A stretch of DNA of 64,000 nt from a virus. Position numbers and translations under genes: made by a program. Of this stretch, positions 17,399 to 25,312 are shown piece after piece. The notes under the pieces are model-generated. The model was not told where the DNA came from, searched no databases, and saw nothing but the letters and a program-made list of their open reading frames with translations. The stretch lies in IMG/VR virus record IMGVR_UViG_3300037258_001195, positions 1 through 64,000 of that record; one strand, written 5' to 3'. Each line of letters opens with the position of its first letter. Position 1 is the first letter of the stretch.

Positions 17399-17938
17399 CT
17401 AGCGGTTGCCCTGCGCCGCGGTCGCACGACGGCGTAGTTCCTTCGCAACCTCACTTTTAGTGCCTGCCGGCGCGCCGAGGAGGCCTGGTGTCCAGTGGTC
17501 GTTGGGAAGCGTGTCACAATCGGCCAACGCGGCCGCCTCATTGCCCAGCCGGTAATGGCAGTCGGCGCGAAACAACGGACCGAAGCCGCCCTGCCATTGC
17601 GCCGGGTCCAGGCGTTCACAGTGGTCATACGCCTCAATGGCTTCTTGGTAGCGACCCAGGTCCTGAAGGAGACGGCCTCGCGCTTCGTACGGGGCAGGAC
17701 GATCCTCAAGCTCTAGCGATTTCTCGAGGTCGGCCAAAGCCAGTTCGGGCTGGCCCACCTCGGACCATGCCTGGTGCCGGACAAAATATGCTCCGGCATC
17801 TCGCGGACGCTGCTTAACGAACTCGTTGGTCAGAGTCAGAAACTTCTGCGGCTCGGTCCGCAATAGGTAAAACTGACGATCAATGTCGTCATGGGTAATT
17901 TCATCCGCCATAGCGACTGCCTGCCTCGGTTGCTGCAT
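17399..17938 (-). CDS. TPR-repeat protein (candidate immunity/partner of the portal C-terminal domain)
   Basis: ALADLEKSLEL, RGRLLQDLGRYQEAIEAYD TPR motifs; ATG overlaps TAA of upstream frame (TAATG); alternative start 17911. Confidence 0.82.
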   Translation of the reverse strand: MQQPRQAVAMADEITHDDIDRQFYLLRTEPQKFLTLTNEFVKQRPRDAGAYFVRHQAWSEVGQPELALADLEKSLELEDRPAPYEARGRLLQDLGRYQEAIEAYDHCERLDPAQWQGGFGPLFRADCHYRLGNEAAALADCDTLPNDHWTPGLLGAPAGTKSEVAKELRRRATAAQGNR

Positions 17939-18157
17939 TAGACCTCGTTGCCGCCGCACCGTTCGGAGACCTGTCCCAGAAGGCAGCTCAGCATATCCTT
18001 CCCGGGTCCAGAATACCCAGGGCGGAACTTTCCTCATCTCTCATTCTGCTGCAATATTAGTACGCGAATGCCCACTCTCCGGCGCAGTCCGGGTGGTCTG
18101 GAAACGGGTTTACCGGCAGGGATGGTGGCCGCCCTGTTCCGGTCGTCCATTCCCCCC
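17938..18157 (-). pseudogene. Decayed Cys-rich C-terminal extension of the portal
   Basis: Reconstructs as GGEWTT...DCAGEWAFAY*YCSRMRDE/KFRPGYSGPGKDMLSCLLGQVSERCGGNEV*, with a frameshift in G6 (18152-18157), a TAA at 18057-18059 and a second frameshift near 18032. Confidence 0.65.
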
Positions 18158-19627
18158 TTGAGAATTGCCAGCGGAAACCCGCGGCTCGTCCGGGTTGTAT
18201 TTGCGCATTGAAACCGAGCCCGATCGCCGTTCCGAAGCGTGGCGTTCGCAAGCCTGCCTGGATGTACCTGTCGCGAGCCGTGCCAACACTTCTGGCGCGG
18301 AACCAGCACCGCCAAGCGCCACCGCCCCCTGCGTCCCGTACACCATCGGCCGCTCGCCGCCCGGCACCGGGTCGAGCCCCAAGAGGTCCCGCGCCTCGTT
18401 GATCGCGTAGATGCCGCTGCGGACATAGGTGTCGATGATCTTGGCTTCTTGCGCCGCGTCGGCCGGCCGTCCCTCCGCCCACACGAATTCCAACTCCGGC
18501 TCGCCCAGCCGATCCTGGATCACGTGGTCGGCGAGCCGCTTGACCCACCCCATCAGCGGAGCCATGCCCTCGTCGAGCGCGGCCTGCTGCGAGGTTTCGG
18601 CGGTCGCGCGGTTGATCTGCTTTGTAAACGCGGTCGGCGGCAGCGAAAACGCGAAGCACACGATCCGCGCCAGCCACTCGTCAAACTCGTCCTTGTACGG
18701 CGCCTCGGCAAAGGCCTGGTATTTCGACCCGCCCGGCGCCCACACAAGCCGCGTCCGCGACGCCGTGTTGCCGGCGAGCACGCTGTCGAACCATTCCTGG
18801 AACTGCCGGATTTGCTCGGCATTCCACCCATCCGGCGCGCTCAGCAGCCCCGGCGGAACATTCCCCTCGGTGAAATGCTGGAGCTGCATGACCTGGCGCC
18901 GCAGCGCGATGTTGACGGTCATGATGATCTGTTCGACCGGCCCGAACCCATAGGCCTTATGCGGCCGCGGGTTGCGCGGGAGGTAGAGCAGGTCGTCGCC
19001 GGTCAGCAATTTCCACGGCCGCCCGCGGATCACCTGCTCGAAACCCGGCGCCGGCGGACGCGGCCGCCGCCCGGTATCGTCGATCAACAGCTTGATCGTC
19101 GCCCCATCCACCGCGTCGAGCCCGATCAGCTCGCCGGCCCGGTTGCGCCGCATCTCCAGCGCCGGCGCGTCGAGCACCAGCAAGTCTTCGAGCACCTCGC
19201 GCAGCCAGGTCGCGAACGGCCGCTCGCCATCCGGCCGCCGCCAGAACCCTGCGACCTTCGCCACCCGGCCCGGATCGACCCGCGCGCCCCTCACCCCCTT
19301 GATCTTCCAGCCGAGCTTTTCGATCTGGTCCTTGCGCGTCTCGATCGCGAGCCGCGTGATGTCGTGCCCGTCGGCGAGCGCCCGCAATTCCGCGAACGAC
19401 ACCGCCTCATAGGCGCGCGGCGTATAGATCGTGTTGGCGCCGACCGGAAAGTCCCAGACCCGGAGCGCCTCCTCGTCGATCGGCGCCAGCGGATAGCCCG
19501 GCGAGAAAATCCCTAGATCGGGCTGGAACACGTCCCGGAACTGTGCTTCGAGCCCCTGCTGCCCCCAGGTATAGGATGGGGTGAGGCCCGGGGTCAGTGC
19601 TGTGCGCTTACCACCTTGAGGGGGCAT
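18110..19627 (-). CDS. Portal protein
   Basis: DGATIKLLIDDTGRRP, YGFGPVEQI, INEAR..LGL.P; homolog at 53590-56073. Confidence 0.9.
   Translation of the reverse strand: MPPQGGKRTALTPGLTPSYTWGQQGLEAQFRDVFQPDLGIFSPGYPLAPIDEEALRVWDFPVGANTIYTPRAYEAVSFAELRALADGHDITRLAIETRKDQIEKLGWKIKGVRGARVDPGRVAKVAGFWRRPDGERPFATWLREVLEDLLVLDAPALEMRRNRAGELIGLDAVDGATIKLLIDDTGRRPRPPAPGFEQVIRGRPWKLLTGDDLLYLPRNPRPHKAYGFGPVEQIIMTVNIALRRQVMQLQHFTEGNVPPGLLSAPDGWNAEQIRQFQEWFDSVLAGNTASRTRLVWAPGGSKYQAFAEAPYKDEFDEWLARIVCFAFSLPPTAFTKQINRATAETSQQAALDEGMAPLMGWVKRLADHVIQDRLGEPELEFVWAEGRPADAAQEAKIIDTYVRSGIYAINEARDLLGLDPVPGGERPMVYGTQGAVALGGAGSAPEVLARLATGTSRQACERHASERRSGSVSMRKYNPDEPRVSAGNSQGGNGRPEQGGHHPCR
18700..18739. repeat. 40-bp direct repeat, copy 1 (within portal, encodes APGGSKYQAFAEA)
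   Basis: Matches 17327-17366. Confidence 0.9.
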
Positions 19628-22209
19628 CAGAAGCTGCTCCATGCCGCCCGCTTCCAACTATTAGGAGCGGTGCAGGCGTAAAGAAAGTTGCTGTCGAACT
19701 CGAGCTGCCCGGTCTGGCACGCCGCCGAACTCGTCGACGGCGTGCCGCCCGCCGGAAACATCCCGTTCGCCGACGCAGTCGCCGGCGTCACCGCTGTGAC
19801 CCGGAAATTCGCGCCATCGAAGGTCAGCCGCACATACTCGTAATTCTGCCCGTACAACGTCAGCGCGCTTTGAGCTCCACGCGAGCCGGGAACCAAGATT
19901 TGTCCGCCGCCGCTGCCGTTCACCTGCACGGTCAGGGTCTTGCCGTTATCGGTGACGAACCCCATCGACCACCCCGCGGCGATCGCGCTCGTCGCCGGCA
20001 GCGTGACGGTCAGGCTGGAGATCGGCGTGTTGTAGTCCGACATCACCGTCCCGCAATCGGCGAGCGCGGCGGCATAGGTGCTGACCGACGGGAACACCCA
20101 TCTTTCAAGGCACGTCCCGCCGGAGACGCCGATCGAGGCTGCCGTCACCGGCGTCACTTGCATGACCCGGAAATTCGACCCGTCGAACTGCAGCACTGCC
20201 TCCTCGTAATCCCCCGCAGCCAGCATCAGCGACGTCGCGCTGCCGCCGCTGCCGGGATAGACGATCTTGCCGCCATTGGTCGGATTGACCTGAAAATTGG
20301 CGGTCTTGCCGTTGTCATTGACGATCGCGATCGTCCAACCGGGGTTGATCGCACCCGTCTCCGGCAAGGTGACGCTCAGATACCCCAGCGGGCTGTTGAA
20401 GGCCGATATCGCCGTGCCATTATCGGCGACCGTCGTCGCATAGGCGCTGACCGACGGAAAACTCCACCGATCGATCCCGCCGGTCCCGGCCAGGCCGAGC
20501 TGCTGCGCCGTCGCCGGTGTCATCTGCTCGACCCGGAAATTGGCGCCGCCATCATATTGCAAGGTCACGTATTCGTACTGGTCACCGGCCAGCGTCAGCG
20601 ACGTCCGCGCCGCCGCGTTGACCTGCGGGTACAGGATATGTCCGCCATTCGTGTCGTTGACGTTGACCGTCAGGCCCTTGCCCTGGTCGGTCGCAAACCC
20701 CATTGACCACCCCGACGGCAGCGAGGTCGTCGGCGGCAAGGTCACGCTCAGCCCCGCGCTGGTGTTATAGCTCGACACCACATTCCCGTTATCGCCGAGC
20801 CGCGCCGCATACCCGCTCGTCGATGGAAACAGCCAGTTCCCCGGCCAGTCCCGGCTTTCGAGCCCATTCGTCGCCAGCGTATTGCGGGTCCCGAACACGA
20901 CCCGGAAATTATTCCCGTCCGACTCAAGCTGCATATACTCGTAATCCCCCGGCCCCAGCGTCACCGCGCTCAGCGACTTGCCGCCGGCGAGGATCGCTCC
21001 ACTCGGCGCCGTGATCGTCATCCCCTTGCCGTTATCGGTAGCGAACCCCATCCACCATCCGGCCCCGACCGCGCTCGGCGACGGCAAATTCACCGCCAGC
21101 GTCCCGCCGGTCGCGTTGTAGGACGACACCGCGGTGCCGCTATCGACCGCCGACGCGGTAAAGCTCGCCGCCGTCGGAAACTGCCACTGCGCCCAGTTGC
21201 CTGTGCCATTCACCTCGATCCCGGCCGACTGCCCGGCCCGGTTGACGACCGCGCCGCCGTAATTCGGGTTCATCAAGAGGTTGTGCGTGCTCGCCGTCGC
21301 GTTGACCGCGGTGACGCAATCGAAATACGGCGACACGAAGCTGTTCTGCCCGTCATGGGCAAAGCTGATGCCGAGGCAGATCGGCGACGCCTCCATGTCA
21401 AAGGCGAAGATCGTGTTCGAAAAATCGTATCCGTTTTCCAAGAGCAGCGCCGTCCCCCCGGTCCCATTGGCCGAACCGGCCCCCGAGATCCGCGAAAACT
21501 GCACCTGTTCGAGCGCCATCCCGGCGGCACCGCCCGCCGTGTCGGCGACCGCGAATATATCGCTGTCCAACACGTAATTGAGCTGCAACGCCCCCGCTCC
21601 AGCCGCCGTGCTCGCGTTGTTGACGATCAGGTGATCGAGCCGGATCGAGTTATGCGCGTCGGAGAAATCGGTCTTGCCCACCCTCACCGCATAACCCGGC
21701 GTGTCGGCATTGACGAACAGCGTCCCCTCCTGCCGGAAATAAAAGCACCCGGTCGGACTGAGACTCGTCCCGCCCGAGCACTCAACCTGCAACACCGGCC
21801 CCGATCCAACCGACCGCCCGTCGATCGTCGCCCCTTCGGACAACAGCCGAAACCCGTTCCCGGGCTGCGCGGCATAGTCGATCGTGACCTCGCTCGTCAC
21901 CTTGTAAGTCCCGGCCGGCACATGCACCGGCCAGTTGTGAGTGACTGCCGTCTCGATCGTCGCCTGGATCGCCGCCGTATCGTCGTGGCTGTCGTCACCG
22001 AGAGCTCCGTTGCAGCGCACGTCGATCCACGGCCGCCCCGAGCACATCAGCACGTCGCCGTTCATCGTCGCCGTGCCGCTCGTCGCCAATGTCGAGAAGT
22101 TCCCCGGCGATTGCGCGAGCGCGCCCCAGCCGGACGCGACGCACGCCGCAAACGCGGCCGGCGCGATCGCCCGATCGACCCACCGCATCGCCGCCATTTC
22201 CGTCACCAT
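19627..22209 (-). CDS. Signal-peptide-like N-terminus, pectate-lyase-3-type beta-helix and four ~120-aa knob-like repeats (fibre/spike)
   Basis: DVRCNGALGDDSHDDTAAIQ...VPAGTY; four W.FP...GW...DNGK...YE...DG.NFRV repeats; exact start uncertain. Confidence 0.8.
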   Translation of the reverse strand: MVTEMAAMRWVDRAIAPAAFAACVASGWGALAQSPGNFSTLATSGTATMNGDVLMCSGRPWIDVRCNGALGDDSHDDTAAIQATIETAVTHNWPVHVPAGTYKVTSEVTIDYAAQPGNGFRLLSEGATIDGRSVGSGPVLQVECSGGTSLSPTGCFYFRQEGTLFVNADTPGYAVRVGKTDFSDAHNSIRLDHLIVNNASTAAGAGALQLNYVLDSDIFAVADTAGGAAGMALEQVQFSRISGAGSANGTGGTALLLENGYDFSNTIFAFDMEASPICLGISFAHDGQNSFVSPYFDCVTAVNATASTHNLLMNPNYGGAVVNRAGQSAGIEVNGTGNWAQWQFPTAASFTASAVDSGTAVSSYNATGGTLAVNLPSPSAVGAGWWMGFATDNGKGMTITAPSGAILAGGKSLSAVTLGPGDYEYMQLESDGNNFRVVFGTRNTLATNGLESRDWPGNWLFPSTSGYAARLGDNGNVVSSYNTSAGLSVTLPPTTSLPSGWSMGFATDQGKGLTVNVNDTNGGHILYPQVNAAARTSLTLAGDQYEYVTLQYDGGANFRVEQMTPATAQQLGLAGTGGIDRWSFPSVSAYATTVADNGTAISAFNSPLGYLSVTLPETGAINPGWTIAIVNDNGKTANFQVNPTNGGKIVYPGSGGSATSLMLAAGDYEEAVLQFDGSNFRVMQVTPVTAASIGVSGGTCLERWVFPSVSTYAAALADCGTVMSDYNTPISSLTVTLPATSAIAAGWSMGFVTDNGKTLTVQVNGSGGGQILVPGSRGAQSALTLYGQNYEYVRLTFDGANFRVTAVTPATASANGMFPAGGTPSTSSAACQTGQLEFDSNFLYACTAPNSWKRAAWSSF

Positions 22210-22646
22210 CGCCGCGCGGCAAAGGCCTGGCCGGTCGTCGCCCCGAAGAGGCTCACCGCCCCGGCCGGCTTATACCCCGACGGTGTCGCGAAAATCCCGC
22301 CGTTGGCCAAAACCTGGATGCTCGCGCCATCCGCCGCCGCGGTGCCGGCATCCGACACCCACAGCACCGCGGAGGAATTATTCTGCACGAGGAACCCGTT
22401 CGCCGGCGCGATCCCGCCGAAGAGGGTCTGCGCGCTGCCCCCGGTCGCGACCGTGCCGCTGCCGTCGCTCGCCGCCGCGCCGGCCACGTTGATCACCGGC
22501 AGCGGGGTCGCCGGCCCCACCGGCATCGCCACGCCCTGCGCGTTGGTCGAGGCCGGCGCGTGCACCGGCACCAGATTCCCGTTCCCGTCCACCGCGGTCG
22601 ACAGCGGCTGCACGGTCGTATTCGCGTCCTTCACCAAAAGCGTCAT
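22203..22646 (-). CDS. Beta-rich virion accessory (head-fibre/decoration-like)
   Basis: PVGPATPLPV motif; coupled to TerL stop. Confidence 0.7.
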   Translation of the reverse strand: MTLLVKDANTTVQPLSTAVDGNGNLVPVHAPASTNAQGVAMPVGPATPLPVINVAGAAASDGSGTVATGGSAQTLFGGIAPANGFLVQNNSSAVLWVSDAGTAAADGASIQVLANGGIFATPSGYKPAGAVSLFGATTGQAFAARRW

Positions 22647-23986
22647 GACTTGTCACCTCCGCTCGCCGCGTCTCGGCGATAGAGTTCGAAAATTCCGGCG
22701 CCGCTCATCGGCGACACCAAAAGCTCGCTGAGGCCCCACACCAGCGCATCGACCCGGTCGGGCGAGTACCCGGCCGCGTGGCGGTCGAAATCGCTGGTGA
22801 AGGCGCACATCTGGTCTTCGAGCAGCGGGAACGCGCCGACATGATGCACCCGCCCCTGCTCGTAGAGCGCCGCGACCGGCTCGGCCCGCGCGACCTTGCC
22901 GCGCGCCGCCCGCACCGCGGTAAAGGCGACGTTCGGGTCGACGACGCGCAAGGTCGCCTCGACCATCTCGCCGCCATTGTTCACCTCGGCGACGATCCGG
23001 TCCGCGCCATGCGTCCGCCACGCCGTCAGCGCGACTTTCGCCCATTCCGGCGGCGCATAACGGCCCGACAGATCGCCAAGCACATAGCCGTGCTCGCGCC
23101 CGTCCGGCCCCGCCGCCTTGCCGACAATGACGATCCCGGTCTCGTCCGATGCGCCGCCGCTCGTCGCGGCCGGGTCGATCGCGATGACGAGCCGATCGAG
23201 ATCGGGCTCGATGCCGATCCGCGCCGCCTCGATCATCGCATGGTTCCAGAGCGCCCCCGGCACGTCCTCGAGCAATTCGGCATCGAGCTCCTGCCGCCCC
23301 AGGCGCGTGCCCTCATACCGGCGCACGATCGCGTCGATAAAGGCCGCCGCCAAATTCGCGCGGTTCTCCCGCGTTTTACCGCGCGTCACCGCTACGGTCG
23401 GGTCGACGACGAGCGCCCTGACCAGCCTTGTCGGGCGGGGCGTCGTCGTCACCACCACGCGCGGATCATCGCCAAGCCTGAGACCGAACATCAGCATGTC
23501 CCACGCTTCCGGATACCGCCACGCCGCCAGCTCGTCGCACCAGGCCAGATCGTGCTGCGGCCCCCGAAGCCGCTGCGGCTCATCCGCCGAAAAAATCGTC
23601 GCGATCGCCCCGTTCGACCAGGTCAGTCGCCGTTTCGAGGGCTCATAGACCGGCCGGTCCTTGCGCGGCGACACCGCCAAGACCCCGCTTTCTCCCTCGA
23701 TCATCACATCGCGCGCATCGGCCGCGGTCGGTGCGACAAGGGCGACCCGCCGCGCCTTGCCCGCCGCGACCCGCGCCCGCACGAACTCGGCGCCGGTGCG
23801 CGTCTTGCCAAATCCGCGCCCGGCCAACAGCAGCCACACCCGCCAGTCGCCCGGCGGCGGCCCTTGCTCGTCGCGCCTCCAGAATTTCCAGTCAGTTACC
23901 AGCGCCTGTCTTTCCGCCAGCGTCATTTGCCGCAGCAGCCGCGTCCTCATCCAGCTGGGCAGCGAGGCGAGCCAGACGGCGTTCAA
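22643..23986 (-). CDS. terL: Terminase large subunit, RcGTA g2-like
   Basis: AGRGFGKTRTGAE Walker A; LRGPQHDLAWCDE Walker B; AIDPA and SPDRVDA nuclease motifs; TTG start inferred. Confidence 0.93.
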   Translation of the reverse strand: MNAVWLASLPSWMRTRLLRQMTLAERQALVTDWKFWRRDEQGPPPGDWRVWLLLAGRGFGKTRTGAEFVRARVAAGKARRVALVAPTAADARDVMIEGESGVLAVSPRKDRPVYEPSKRRLTWSNGAIATIFSADEPQRLRGPQHDLAWCDELAAWRYPEAWDMLMFGLRLGDDPRVVVTTTPRPTRLVRALVVDPTVAVTRGKTRENRANLAAAFIDAIVRRYEGTRLGRQELDAELLEDVPGALWNHAMIEAARIGIEPDLDRLVIAIDPAATSGGASDETGIVIVGKAAGPDGREHGYVLGDLSGRYAPPEWAKVALTAWRTHGADRIVAEVNNGGEMVEATLRVVDPNVAFTAVRAARGKVARAEPVAALYEQGRVHHVGAFPLLEDQMCAFTSDFDRHAAGYSPDRVDALVWGLSELLVSPMSGAGIFELYRRDAASGGDKS

Positions 23987-24299
23987 TTTCCTCAAGCGGG
24001 TCCTCGCCGGGATCGGGCTCCGGCTCGTCCTCGTGACGCCGCGGTGCCAGGGGAAAGAGGCCGAAATGCCGGGCCAGCGCATCGAGCGCGGCCTTTTTGT
24101 CATAGAGCTTCACGCGCACCCCGCCCTCGCCGCTTCCGGTCCTGCTGATCTCCGAGATCGCCGCGCGTTCGCTTTCGGACATCTCGGCGAGCGGCTTGAG
24201 CTGCAGCCGGCCCGTGGCGTCCCAGGTCACGATATGGGTGATATCGGCAAGGGCGATGCGCGCATATTCGTTGAATGCCCGCGGGGCATGGTATGCCAA
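23892..24299 (-). CDS. terS: Terminase small subunit, N-terminally short (no HTH)
   Basis: EYARIALADI...VRVKLYDKKAALDALARHFGLF oligomerisation region; overlaps TerL start. Confidence 0.75.
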   Translation of the reverse strand: MAYHAPRAFNEYARIALADITHIVTWDATGRLQLKPLAEMSESERAAISEISRTGSGEGGVRVKLYDKKAALDALARHFGLFPLAPRRHEDEPEPDPGEDPLEEIERRLARLAAQLDEDAAAAANDAGGKTGAGN

Positions 24300-24531
24300 T
24301 GGCTTATGAATCGTTTTCCGTCGACTTTCCGTCGTGGTTCATCCGCACCCTTCTACCGGCCCCGCGCCTGTCGCACGATGTTCGCCCCGCGTTCACGGTA
24401 TCTTGGATGCGTGGCTCTCTGCATGGCGACGAGTGGAGCGCGCATTTTCGCACCGCCGGATATAACCAGCATGTGCGGCTTATCGGGTTCGACCGGCGTT
24501 CTGGGAACTGGGATAGAAGGGCCCAAACATG

Positions 24532-24566
24532 AAAAAGCCGGCCCCAGGGATTACCTGAGACCGGCT
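24532..24566 (-). terminator. Intrinsic terminator downstream of tRNA-Gly
   Basis: AGCCGGTCTCAGG-TAAT-CCCTGGGGCCGGCT-TTTT. Confidence 0.75.
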
Positions 24567-24608
24567 CTACAATGCCGATCCCGTAGTGGGAGAGCGGCTA
24601 ACGGAGAT

Positions 24609-24683
24609 TGGAGCGTCTGGTCGGATTCGAACCGATCATCATGAGTTTGGAAGACTCAGGCCCTACCTTTGGACGACAGACGC
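24609..24683 (-). tRNA. tRNA-Gly(UCC), phage-type
   Basis: Acceptor GCGTCTG/CAGACGC; anticodon arm TGAGT-CTTCCAA-ACTCA; GGTTCGAATCC; U73-CCA. Confidence 0.9.
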
Positions 24684-24762
24684 GGAACGACAAGATATGT
24701 TAGGAACATAGCATGAATCGCGCGCCATCACCATCGAAGACGGCCCGACCGCGACCCAGCGA

Positions 24763-24839
24763 CGGGGTGTGGCGCAGTCTGGTAGCGCGCTCGGCCTGGG
24801 ACCGAGAGGTCGTCGGTTCGAATCCCTGACGGGGTTCCA
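24763..24839 (+). pseudogene. Chimeric tRNA-Pro(UGG)-like pseudogene
   Basis: 5' part has intact D arm and CTCGG-CCTGGGA-CCGAG anticodon arm; 3' of the T loop, CCCTG-ACGGGGT-T-CCA cannot pair with the T-stem base or acceptor. Confidence 0.75.
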
Positions 24840-24841
24840 CG

Positions 24842-25312
24842 CTATTCTGGCGGTTCACTGAACATCTTCTGATAGCCGGCAATCCAATCCCCGAGGAATA
24901 TGGCCTGCGCGTCGGCGAGCGACATCGAGTGCTTTTTGCAGACCATCCGCCACACGCGACTTTCGAGACGATCCTTGTCGTGGAAGCTCGGGTGCGTCAT
25001 TCCCTCTTGCGGCCAGAGGTTGCGCACGTCGTCGGCGCCCCCGAGGCTTAATTCGAGTCGGTGATCGATTTCAAATTCGCGGCCATCCTTCTCGATCCCG
25101 TAGCGCTTGAAGACTTCCGCCTTCATCGCCGCCGTCGTCTGCCGGTGCCGCTGGCTGTAGGTCTTCCCATCCACGACGCCGCAGACCTCGGCTTCATCGG
25201 TTGAGGCGACGACGCCCGGTGTCAGCGTGGGATCGGGCCGGATCGGTAAATCCTCGGCGAGCGCTGGGGTTGCTACGGCAAGCGCGGCGAGGGTGAGGAG
25301 AGAGGCTCGCAT
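24842..25312 (-). CDS. Secreted HNH-like nuclease-fold protein
   Basis: Sec signal; PDPTLTPG; EIDH..ELSLGG...NLWPQ...KDRLE. Confidence 0.75.
   Translation of the reverse strand: MRASLLTLAALAVATPALAEDLPIRPDPTLTPGVVASTDEAEVCGVVDGKTYSQRHRQTTAAMKAEVFKRYGIEKDGREFEIDHRLELSLGGADDVRNLWPQEGMTHPSFHDKDRLESRVWRMVCKKHSMSLADAQAIFLGDWIAGYQKMFSEPPE

Larger units (their letters stand above)
1..24299 (-). mobile_element. Module A: compact head-tail-lysis cluster, candidate GTA-like domesticated prophage
   Basis: Co-oriented TerS-TerL-portal-protease-capsid-neck-tail-tip-lysis genes; no integrase or replication genes in the window; very high GC; REP-type palindromes in intergenic gaps; left boundary may lie outside the window. 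Confidence 0.75.

Noticed and set aside
1-24299. Tailocin, T6SS or contractile injection system
   Set aside because: Head genes are present, and there is no sheath or contractile baseplate.
24609-24839. tRNA genes as a proven prophage attachment site
   Set aside because: No second att copy or integrase in the window; both tRNAs look phage-like, so this cannot be established.
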